From Octopus vulgaris (Eukaryota), in assembly GCA_951406725.2 (NCBI GenBank), contig OX597821.1, positions 33,914,001-33,978,000 of the forward strand: a DNA stretch of 64,000 nucleotides, in the 5' to 3' direction. A program made the translations under genes and the position numbers. Shown here piece after piece: positions 39,346-51,154 of the stretch. The notes beneath the pieces are model-generated. The model was not told the origin of the DNA, ran no database searches, and saw nothing but the letters and a program-made list of their open reading frames with translations. Positions within the stretch are counted from its first letter, which is position 1. Each line of letters starts with the position of its first letter.

Positions 39346-40140
39346 TATAAATATATGTATGTATGTATGTATGTATATATGGATGTATGTATGTGTTTAT
39401 ATATATATATATATATATATATGCATATTTGTGTGTGTTTATATGTATTTATGTGTGTATGTTTGTATGTGTATATGTATATATATATGCGTGGATGTAT
39501 GTGTTTGTGTGTGTATGTATGTATACATATATACATATACATATATATATATTCATACATATATATATTTACATATATATATATGCATACATGTATGTAT
39601 GTATGTATGTTTGTATGTATGTATGTATGTATGTATGAATGAGTTATATTATTCCAAGTCATGCTATAATCACAAATCCAGTTAATCAATACATGATGCA
39701 AATGGTGGGTCACAGACTGTTCTAGAATTGTACAACTGTACTTTTAGTTGCCATTATATATTCAAAATTTATCATTTAATGTTCAGCAACATCTTGGTAT
39801 TTTGACAACTTTCATTGTTTTACTACAGTTCAGTTCTGTTCTTGTATGGTAAAAATAACAATTTCTTAGGCTGACATGCAATGTTACAAATTTGTAGAGG
39901 AGAAGTAAAGAATATTCCATTACAGTCTAGCATATAATTGGTACTTATTTTATTAAGATGATCTCACTCTCTGCCTGGAGGAATAAAAAGCAAACTTTAG
40001 TCTGACTGGATTTGAATGAATTCTGAATGTAATGGTACACGTTTGTTATCATGACTAGGTTCCAATCTAGGCTACAGCAACAAAATGCACCCTCGACTCT
40101 TTCTGGTCCAACATCACTGCTTTGAGTTCCTGGAGAACTG

Positions 40141-40255
40141 TGTGTTAGACAGGAAAGCATTGATGCAAGAGAAATAAAACAGATGGAGCCTGTAGAAGAG
40201 CACCTTTTCCAGACATGAATGGAGATGTACTTGCATAGCAAGTGGCCCAATCTGA
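40141..40255 (-). repeat. Dispersed repeat linked to the hammerhead-bearing element at 5194-5402
   Basis: 40221-40254 matches 5197-5231; 40141-40224 is the reverse complement of 42527-42610. Confidence 0.7.
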
Positions 40256-40396
40256 AAGCACTACTTATTTAACCATCCAGGTCAATGTCAGTGATCAAGT
40301 TGTTGGTGTATGTGTGACAACATATTCTTCTGAGATCACCATGAAAGCATTGATCTGTCATATGTTGTTGTCATTTCTCATTTAGGGCCATTTAGC

Positions 40397-40553
40397 CACT
40401 AATGTAGCTAGATTATGTGCTGCCCGGGATGGCCCTTCAGTTTGCCACCCCCGGGGCCCCTGCAAAAAGTACATATTGCTTACAACTGATCCAAAAGTGG
40501 TGCTACCCCCATAAAACTGCCTCTGCCTCTGCCCCACTCTAGCTGTGCTAGTG
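40397..40553. mobile_element. Small hAT-type MITE
   Basis: TIRs CACTAATGTAGCTAG / CTAGCTGTGCTAGTG; 8-bp TSD CATTTAGC / CTTTTAGC. Confidence 0.65.
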
Positions 40554-40599
40554 CTTTTAGCTAAGGTACATAGCTAACATGCAGAGTGCACTGGGAAGA

Positions 40600-40760
40600 T
40601 TTTCTTGATAGAGCCAGTGTCTCAATCTTTGCAATATTAATTCTCATCCCTGCCTTGCAGTACTTAGAAGTGAACCCATTCAATGCATACTGCAGATCAT
40701 CTTCTGATGAGCCAGGTATCACCATGTCAGCTCCAAATATCTGCTCACCAAACTGTCATC
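40600..40760 (-). pseudogene. Ancient LINE RT palm remnant
   Basis: Translates IFGADMVIPGSSEDDLQYALNGFTSKYCKAGMRINIAKIE, a degenerate F/YADD..LQ..GM.IN..K pattern. Confidence 0.5.
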
Positions 40761-40902
40761 CACTGATTGTGATGTCACTTCCACAACAGTTGCACATGTC
40801 ATTCACTTCATGAAAATGCTGCTCAACAGGGTGTGTAACTTGGAGATCAGGGTGTCTCTCAAGGTCGAGCCAGTGTTCCAGGACTGCAAACATGTGGTTA
40901 GA

Positions 40903-41046
40903 ATCATCATCATCATCGTTTAACGTCTGTTCTCCATGCTAGCATGGGTTGGATGGTTCGACCGGGATCTGGGAAGCCAGAAGGCTGCACCAGGCTCCAG
41001 TCTGATCTGGCAGTGTTTCTACAGCTGGATACCCTTCCTAATGCCA
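40903..41046 (-). mobile_element. RTE 3'-terminal fragment
   Basis: (CAT)n tail, palindrome and 3'UTR. Confidence 0.8.
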
Positions 41047-41349
41047 GAATGTTGCAGAAAAAATGTCACAAGATGGATTCTTCAAGCCAAGCCAATTGGC
41101 AAGAGATAGAAAGAAAAATCAAAGAAGAATGAGATGGATGGATAACATCCATAGTCTCAATTGGTCACATTTAGGAATCTATCCAGATAGTCTAATGGTA
41201 TTTACTTAATAGGATGCTCTATGGAGGAGGTACCTGAGAACCCTTTCCTGACAACCTTCCCAGGGATAGGGAACAGAGAAGATGAATGGAAGGTACATAA
41301 CTAAGTAATAGTAGAAGGTAGCTTGTACTACACTCTACTGAGTGGGCCA

Positions 41350-42250
41350 TCCAGTTTATCCTACCCTCTGCCTATCTACCCATCAAATTTGTCCTACCCT
41401 CTACCTATCTGCCCATTCACTTTGTCCTACCCTCTACCTATCTGCCCATTCAATTTGTCCTACCCTCTACCTATCTGCCCATTCAATTTGTCCTACCCTC
41501 TACCTATCTGCCCATTCAATTTGTCCTACCCTCTACCTATTTGCCCATCCAATTTGTCCTACCCTCTACCTATCTGCCCATTCAATTTGTCCTACCCTCT
41601 ACCTATTTACCCATCCAATTTGTCCTACCCTCTACCTATCTGCCCATTCAATTTGTCCTACCCTCTACCTATCCGCCCATCCAATTTGTCCTACCCTCTA
41701 CCTATTTTCCCCATTCAATTTGTCCTACCCTCTACCTATTTGCCCATCCAATTTGTCCTACCCTCTACCTATCTGCCCATTCAATTTGTCCTACCCTCTA
41801 CCTATTTACCCATCCAATTTGTCCTACCCTCTACCTATCTGCCCATTCAATTTGTCCTACCCTCTACCTATTTGCCCATCCAATTTGTCCTACCCTCTAC
41901 CTATCTGTCCATTCAATTTGTCCTACCCTCTACCTATCTGCCCATCCAATTTGTATTATTCCCTACTTATCTGGTCACTCAACATGTCCTACCTTCTACT
42001 CATTCTGTCCTACATTACTTATTCAGTTATCCCATTTGTTCTAACATCCACTGATTGGGTCATCTAATTTGTCCTACCCTATACTTATTTGACCATCCAA
42101 TTTCTGTTACTCCCTAATTATTCATCCATCCAATTTGTCCTATCTTCCACTTATTTGTCCTATACTGAATTGATTTAGGCAGCCATTTTATCCTACCCTC
42201 TACTTACCCATTCATCCATCCATCCATTATGTCTTACCCTCTACTTATTC
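41350..42250. repeat. 33-bp minisatellite (~18 good units to ~41955, degenerate beyond)
   Basis: Unit TTTGTCCTACCCTCTACCTATCTGCCCATTCAA; 11-aa periodic ORFs. Confidence 0.92.
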
Positions 42251-43015
42251 AGTCATGCAATTTTTCCTGTTCTTTGCTCACCTCTCACCTAGCCAGCTAC
42301 TGAATCATTGCTCTCACTTTTAACATCTTAGTCATGATATAAACAATTGTAAACAATCACTTTTTTTTATTCACATCAAATCTCTGGCCAGTCTCACTGT
42401 CTGCCAATTTGGTTTTTGATAAACCGAATCTATTGGAGATCTGTTCTACTACATCAGATATCAATAGCTTATTGCTCATGGGATTTTTGATGAAATCAAT
42501 ATTGTCACCTTTGGTGCAAGTAAAGCCTCCATTCATGTCTGGAAAAGGTGCTCTTCTACAGGCTCCATCTGTTTCATTTCCCTTGCATCGATGCTTTCCT
42601 GTCTAACACACTGCTGAAAGCCTCAGAACTGCAACAAATGCAAAACGGCATAATCGTTGATAATCTTTCATAGCAATCTTGGAAATATATAGCATCAACA
42701 AAACTGTGTCTCAAAGACTAATCTTTGTCTTCAGGCTCATAAAATACTTCAACTCCATTCAGTTATTGATTATGTTCAAGGTTCAAGTGTGACCCACATT
42801 TTTAAAGTACTTCTCACATACATCTTGGATGGTTTTGCTGCTGTATGTATACAGAAACATAAAAAACGTTTCAATTTACTTTCTAAAACGGCCATTTAGT
42901 CCATTGCCAGAAATCCACTCACCAACACATTTTGACAACCAGTAGTTTACAAATGCATCTCCTCCTGCTGCTGCTACTGCTGCTGCTGCTGATCCAGTGG
43001 CAACGATGGTGTTTG

Positions 43016-43063
<48 letters not shown>

Positions 43064-43218
43064 CACTACTAACACCACCACCACCACCACCACTACTACT
43101 AGTCCGCTGTTAAATTCTATGACAGTTTAAATCTCCCCCTCATCTCCCCAAACAGAAACAGACATTTGGAAGGCTTCAGCACAGTTTTTGATATTTTATC
43201 ATTGTTCTTTATATATAT

Positions 43219-44832
43219 ATCATCATCATCATCATCATCATTTAACGTCCGCTTTCCATGCTAGCATGGGTTGGACGGTTCAACTGGTGTCTGGGGAGCC
43301 CGAAGGCTGCACCAGGCCAGTCAGATCTGGCAGTGTTTCTACAGCTGGATGCCCTTCCTAACGCCAACCACTCTGAGAGTGTAGTGGGTGATTTTATGTG
43401 CCACCGACACAGGTGCCAGACGAGGCTGGCGAACGGCCACGCTCGGATGGTGTTTTTATGTGCCACCGACACAGGTACCAGACAAGGCTAGCAGACGACC
43501 ACGCTCGGATGGTGTTTTTTATGTGCCACCGACACAGGTGCCAGACGAGGCTGGCGAACGGCCACGCTCAGATGGTGTTTTTATGTGCCACCGACACAGG
43601 AGCCAGACAAGGCTAGCAGACGACCACGCTCGGATGGTGTTTTTATGTGCTACCGACACAGGTGCCAGACAAGGCTAGCAGACGACCACGCTCGGATGGT
43701 GTTTTTTATGTGCCACCGACACAGGTGCCAGACGAGGCTGGCGAACGGCCACGCTCGGATGGTGTTTTTATGTGCCACCGACACAGGTGCCAGACAAGGC
43801 TAGCAGACGACCACGCTTGGATGGTGTTTTTTTATGTGCCACCGACACAGGAGCCAGATTAGGCTGGCGATCGGCCACGATTGGATGGTGATTGTTACGT
43901 GCCCACAGCATGGAGGCCAGTCGGTGTGGCACTGGCTACGGCCACGTTCGGATGGTATTCTTGTGTGCCACCGGCACTGGTACCACAAAGATACAAATTC
44001 CATTGATGTTCATCTATTTTGATTTTGTTTGATTTTCACTTGCCTCAACAGGTCTTCACAAGTGTCACAAGAAGGAAGGTATGCACAGGTGGACTGACTA
44101 CGTCCCAGGTAGGGGCCACAGGTTATGGCCTGACTAGTCTTGCTGGGTCTTCTCACGCACAGCATACTTCCATAGATCTCGGTCTCTAGTCATTTCCTTG
44201 GTGAGACCTAAAGTTCGTAGGTCGTGCTTCACCACTTCGTCCCAGGTTTTCCTGGGTCTACCTCTTCCACAGGTTCCCTCAACTGCTAGGGTGTAGCACT
44301 TTTGCACACAGCTATCTTCAGCCATTCTCGTCATATGACCATACCAGCGCAGCCGTCTCTCTTGCACACCACAACTGACGCTTCTTAGGTTCAACTTTTC
44401 TCTCAAGGTACTTACACTCTGACGATTATGAACACTGACATTACACATCCATCGGAGCATACTGGCTTCATTTCTTGCGAGCTTACGCATATCCTCAGCA
44501 GTCACGGCCCATGTTTCACTACCATGTAGCATGGCTGTACGTACACATGCATCATAAAGTCTGCCTTTTACTCTGAGCGAGAGGCCTTTTGTCACCAGCA
44601 GGGGTAAGAGCTCTCTAAACTTTGCCCAGGCTATTCTTACTCTAGCAGTTACACTTTCAGCACACCCACCCCCGCTACTAACTTGGTCTCCTAGGTAGCG
44701 GAAGCTATCAACTACTTCTAGTTTGTCTCCCTGGAACGTGGTAGAAGTTGGTCTCTGCACATTTCCAGTGTTTATTTCTCCTGAGCATCTGCCACATACG
44801 AAAACTATCTTCCCAGTTAGCCTACCTTTGAC
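43219..44832 (-). mobile_element. RTE LINE, 5'-truncated, with expanded 3'UTR tandem repeat
   Basis: ORF end (44134-44832) is highly similar to 8162-8863. (TA)n on both sides; (CAT)n tail. Confidence 0.93.
43392..43890. repeat. ~61-bp tandem repeat (8 units) in the RTE 3'UTR
   Basis: TTTTATGTGCCACCGACACAGGTGCCAGAC(G/A)AGGCT...CACGCTCGGATGGTG, with two interleaved variants. Confidence 0.88.
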
Positions 44833-46180
44833 ATATATATATATATATCTACTGTGTCTATCGAGTGTTAAATTATAAAATTATAAAGTACAAAATTATA
44901 TTTGGCAATATTTCAGTGGTTAGTCACCCACCCATCTTTTATATTTTTCCATAACCACCACTGCCACTGTTACTGCTGTTGCGGCTACTACTACTGCCAC
45001 CGTTATCACCACCACCATCTCAGCAACAGCGACAGCAACAACTTTACTCTTGTTATCCTCATATCTTATGACAACAACAACCTGACTCATAACAAAATGT
45101 AATAGAAAAATATTATAGTGATAATTTTTCCTGTCTAGGAAACTGAATAAAGTTTATTGTATTTGATGTAAATGTGTGAGTGTGTGTGTGTGTGTGTGAG
45201 TGAGTATGTGTGTGTATTTGTGTGTGCATATATGTATACATACGTACATAAATACATATAATAATATAAATAATATATAAATATATCCATATATACATAC
45301 ATTTATGTAAATACCTACATATATATGTATATATACAGGCATTTATGGGTACAAGACGTCAAAAAAACATGAACAAAATGAGAAATGAGAACATAAAAAG
45401 CAAAAACATAGAAAACAAACTTTTTCCCGAACAACAAAAGAAACAAAATGAGAAACGAGACAAGCAACATAAAGAACATTCCCTTCATCAGTTGTCCCCT
45501 GTTTTATCTACTCCGCATCGCAAAGGTAGGGACAAGATATGACTTCATTAAAACACTCCTTCCCACAAAGCAAATGAAATAAAATTTGGGATTTTTTGCG
45601 GAGAGTTAAAGTGGTAACAAAAACAGGACAGTAAGAACAAAACAATAAAACCAAATGGTGAGGGTGGTTAAGCCAAAATGAGGTGAAGTGGTGAATGCTG
45701 GAAAAATGAGCTTTGAGAAGAGACAGGCAAAAGGACATCTTGTCTTTAGGAAGGAAGTGGAAGAAAGAAAGATAGATAGCTGTTGGTCATGTGTGAGCCA
45801 CAAGAGAGTCAAGGAGGAAGTGTGAGACAGAGAGAGAAAGGGAATGGTGAAGGAGAGAGGAGAAGAATTAGAGAAAGGGTAGGAGAGAAAAAACAGAAAG
45901 GAAGAAGAACAAGAGACGGTGATAGAATAGAGATAGGATGTAGAGTGTGCATTGGAATTATTAAGATAAAACTTACTTGGAAATGGATGCATGGCGTTCA
46001 ATCATATAATAATATAAATAATATATAAATATATGCATATATACATATATATATGTGCATACCTACATATATATATGTATATAGACATGCATATATAGGT
46101 ATAGGACGTCAAGAAACGTGAACAAAATGAGAAATAAGAAATACACACGCACACACATATATACATATATATACACAATA

Positions 46181-46216
<36 letters not shown>

Positions 46217-46724
46217 TATATATATATATATATACACAAACACACATATATACATACCATACTCACACACACGCACACACACATGTACACACATTCCTAG
46301 AATATGCTTACTAGTAAAAACTACAAACTACAATAAAGAACTCAATACCTATTTAGTGAAGTATAACAAAATTTACTTATATTGTCTTGACATTAGATGT
46401 AGTTGTTTTGTGCAGAGATCTTAGTCAAGCTCATTGAGTGAAACGATTTGGTTAATATAATTTTCACCCTAGCCAATAGCAGTTGGTGAGGCTGGAATGA
46501 CTCTGCTGATTGCCATTGATGTAGATGATACATATCATTGGAGTATGAGCTTACAGTGCACACGTTATTTCATGTAGAGTATGTGTGTTAGTAGAACCAA
46601 GTTTTGAGTGAGTCTCTTTATAACATTCAGATTACCCTGTCAAATGTAAATTCTTGTTTATTCATAATGTTTTTGAATTAATTGTTTATTATTTCAAAGC
46701 TTTGAGATTTTGATTGTGAGATTC

Positions 46725-47095
46725 TTTTATCTTTTACTTGTTTCAGTCATTAGACTATGGCTATGCTGGAGTACTGCCTTGAAGAGTTTTAGTCGAACAA
46801 ATCAATCCCAGTAATTAGGGTTTTTTAAGCTTAGTACTTATTCTATTGGTCTCTTTTGCTGAATCGCTAAGTTACAGGGACATAAACGTACCAATACTGG
46901 TTGTCAAGCAGTGACTGAGGGGAACAAACACAGACACAAAGACACACACATAGTTATATACATATATATGACAGGCTTCTTTCAATTTCTGTCTATCAAA
47001 TCCACTCACAAGGTTGGCCCAAGGCTATAGTAGAAGACACTTGCCCATGGTGCCACACAAAGGGACTGAACCTGGAACCATGAGGTTGGGAAGAA
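46725..47095 (-). mobile_element. SINE family A (diverged)
   Basis: Same 3' domain and head as 11393-11767. Confidence 0.72.
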
Positions 47096-47969
47096 AGATT
47101 CTTATTGATTAGGTTCTGGACATTCTCTGATAACATCAATGTTGCTTGGCACTGTTGGAAGGAGCGTTGCAACAGAAGGGGCTGAAACTTTTGGGATCGC
47201 CAGTTGATGACACATGAAAATATTGTCCTGTTGTGCAAGCTGATTATCACACTATCACAAACACACACACACACATGCACACACACACATATATATATAT
47301 ATGTATGAGTGTCTGTGATTGTGTATATAAACTCATAAATCTTGCTATTGGAGTATCTGTTTATATAAATGTATAAATTACAAAGAACACCATTTCTTGT
47401 ACTGTAATTACAGCATCTGATTGGCTGTTACTTTCAGCTGTAATGTTTCCTACACTAAATGTTATTTTTTTTTTTTTGTTTTCATCCTCAGTTAATTTTT
47501 TTTTAGTTTTTTCTTTTCTCTATGTAATGACTCCTTTCCTCTGACAATTGTCCATAAAAAATAAGAAAAATACAAAAAACAGCAAAAAGACACAAATCAA
47601 GAATGGCAAAAAAAAAAAAAAGGAGCAAAAAAAAACACCAAATGTACATAAATGTAAGTTGGTACCTTTCTGAAAATGAGCCATTATTCACAGACTTGGC
47701 AAGTTTCAGGATAATCAAATGAGCTGTCTGTCAAAAGAAGAAAGACTTATTAAATACCATTACTATTCTATATTATCGTATATAGCAATATCTTTCATAT
47801 AATATTGCTTCCTGCTGCTGCTGTGTGATAATAATATCTTGGTTTGGTGAGTCGGAGGAAGGGAACCGGAGACAAAAAATAAAAAAAAAAGCAGTCAGAA
47901 GATTCATTGTGTCTGGGTTTGTTGGTCAAATTTGAACGATGGTTTCTGCAAAAAGTATTATTTATTTAT

Positions 47970-48731
47970 ACTTATTATTATTATTATTATTATTATTCCT
48001 CTACCATTTATCTAAAACTTTCAAAAAGGCTAAACCTGGCCATTCTCTTCCTCCTCATTCTTCTTCTTCTTCTTCTTCTTCTTCTTCTTCTTCTTCTTCT
48101 TCTTCTTCTTCTTCTTCTTCTTCTTCTTCTTCTTCTTCTTCTTCTTCTTCTTCTTCTTCTCCTCCTTCTCCTTCTTCTTCTTCTTCTTCTTCTTCTTCTT
48201 CTTCTTCTTCTTCTTCTTCTTCTTCTCCTCCTCCTCCTCTTCCTTCTCCTTCTCCTTCTTCTTCTTCGTCGTCGTCGTCCTCCACCACCACCAACGCCTC
48301 TTTTCCTTCTTCTTTCTCTCTCTCCTCACATCCTCCTCATCAGTGTTTACCAGAATATGAATGAGACTTTGCAAGCAAGAGGTGTCACTCCTCTGAACCC
48401 AATGAATAATATACACTTCCATTTAATATTTAATACATTAACCCCTTCCTCAGGATAAAAGGAAAAGGAATAACAGGAAATGCTTCAGTGACAGTTCTCA
48501 ATACCTTTATACTTGCACCACAGTGGTATTATATAGCTAGCAAGCTTTCTCAATCTGACCTCAAGGGCAATCACCATCATCACCATCACCACCACCACCA
48601 CCACCACCACCACCACCACCGCCTCCACCACCACCACCACATCTGCCACCGCCTCCACCACCACCACCACCACCACCACCATTACAACCATCATCACCAC
48701 TACTGGCGCCGTCACCACTGCCACCACCACC

Positions 48732-48762
<31 letters not shown>

Positions 48763-48785
48763 TCGTCATCGCAACCATCATCATT
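47970..48785. repeat. Trinucleotide microsatellite cluster: (TTA)n, (CTT)n, (CAC)n
   Basis: (CTT)n at ~48057-48265 and (CAC)n at ~48570-48785, read directly. Confidence 0.9.
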
Positions 48786-49480
48786 TCCTCTATGCATAAA
48801 ATTTTTCCATTATTTCTCCAAATCATCCAAAGAATCTTGGATTTGTTGTCTGGGAGATTAGACCAGATTCTGAAAGATGAAAAATAATAATGTTAAAACA
48901 ATTTTCTGCGAATATGTAACAGGAATCGTGACCAGAATGCTTTTGCCGTGACTCCCAGAGTTCAGATCATATGAACGATTCTCATGTCAAGCACAATAAT
49001 CACAGCTGAGGAATCAAAATTGTTTTGAAAGCTTTTCATATTTGTGAAATATACCATATTTTCTCACATTCCAACACCCAAACCAAAAGAGCCTATATTC
49101 TAAGATTGGAGTATCTCATTTTACTCTAAATCAAAGCAAAATTGGAATGGTTTCTTTTCTTCTTTTTTTTCTGACACTTAACAAATAGGTCAGTGTATCT
49201 TTTAGTTAACCACTGACTAACCTTTGGATATTCGTTATTCATCATTTTCACATCCACTTTTCCATGCGTGCATGGGTTAGATGGAGTTTATTTAAGAGAG
49301 ATTTTCTATGGGTGGATGCCTTTCCTGTTGCCAGCCCTCACCTTTCCAAGGAAAGTAATCTTTCTCTATGGCTAGATATGTTCTCAAAGAATATTAGAAA
49401 TGAATGATACTGCTTGCATAATGGTAATGATTAATTTACAACCATTATGCAATGTCAAAACAAAGAGCAAAGAAACACAA

Positions 49481-49524
<44 letters not shown>

Positions 49525-51098
49525 CATAATAATAATAATAATATTAGGGAGTATAACTCCAAACTTACAGGGAAAAATTCAATTTAGTATTAAATCAAAT
49601 TTCACAATATAAATATATAATATATATAAATTAGAGAAAAACCACAAACAATGATAGACATAAACCATACCATATAGAAAAAATATATATATTATAAAAC
49701 ATATATCTAGATCACAAAAAGTACAAAATAATGAATAAACATTATATATTAAATAAAAAAGACTACATACATAACTTCAATTGGAATTACAATTAAATTT
49801 AAATTTAATCCAAAAACAATTCAATTTAAAAGTATAGTCACTCCTCAGGTCAACAATAATAACAATAATAGTTAAATAAATACATAATCAAATACAATTA
49901 AACAATATTTCTTATAGAAATAAAAACATGATTCTTCTTATAGAAGAAACTCTGTTAACTAAATTTGAAACTTAAAAAGTAGGACCAGGTGTCTATAATA
50001 CATTTATCATGTTAAAAACCTATGGTAAAAAAATAGAGTAAATAGATAGAAAATGTATTTCATCTGTAAAGATATATTTTAGCTTTGAGAATAATTTTAA
50101 CAAACTATAGTATAACTTTACTGGAAAAATATAAGAGTCCAATTAATTAAAATAAAAATTCTTAAATCATATACTAAGTTAAGCTAAATTATTATAATTC
50201 AATCTATATTTATTATTTAAATAAATTATATATTAATTCATTAATTGAATAAACATCTAATTTGATCAAAAACTAGCTATGTACTAAACTCTATACAAAA
50301 CATGTGTAGACTTATAATATATCTTATATCAACAACTTGGCAGCCACAACCCTGCAATAGTATTTTGTATATATTTCAACAATATATTCACAAATAATTA
50401 AAAAGTATTATTTGTAGTTGTTTTGTGAAATAGTTTATAACGTAAAATATTATAGTATAGGTAGTGAAAAGTTTTTTTCTTTATATACTATTGAATTTAA
50501 TAATAATAATAAGTACTTTTTTTAAAAGATGTTAAGATGTGATTTGAGAGAGCTTTGGCTGCTATTACTAGCAGACTGAGAAACTACATAGAATCTCTGC
50601 TTCTGACTCATGCTAATTTTGTTTTGAATTACAATGTGCTCAACTCACAGCTGTCATAGAGTCAAATAGAAAGGAGAAATATATCCATTCTGGATAGGAC
50701 TCTAGTCTCTCAAAAATTATCCGGAAAAAACATGAAATGATGATGATGATGATGATGATGATGATAATGTTGATGATGATGATGATGGCGACGACAATGA
50801 TAACTATGATGACGACGACGACAGTGATGGTGTTGTTGTTGTTGTTGGTGGTGGTAGTGGGATGACTTCAACAGTGAGGACAATAATGACGATGATTATC
50901 CTGTCTCACCTCATTTCTCCTCTAATGTCCAATTCTCAATATTCATCTTTGCTTCTCAGGGAATCTAATATAGCTTTGTATAACTATAGTTGTTATTGTT
51001 TATTTTCACATCAGACCTATTATCAAGGTTATTCCAGCCATGTCCAACCCTTCTTTTCATATATCAGATCTATATTATTTTTTGATTTATTATTATTA

Positions 51099-51154
<56 letters not shown>

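Noticed and set aside
41323-42067. ORFs with 11-aa repeats
   Set aside because: They are products of the 33-bp minisatellite and are open in all frames.
45345-45560. Hammerhead on the minus strand (CTGATGA at ~45484-45490)
   Set aside because: No intact GAAA is positioned to close stem II; at most a decayed relic.
47907-48826. Poly-Leu/Ser/Lys/Glu/His/Gly ORFs, and similar IYIY, poly-Asp and RERE ORFs elsewhere
   Set aside because: These are translations of simple microsatellites.
49830-49855. CTGAGGA on the minus strand of an AT-rich element
   Set aside because: No matching stem II partner or GAAA was found downstream.
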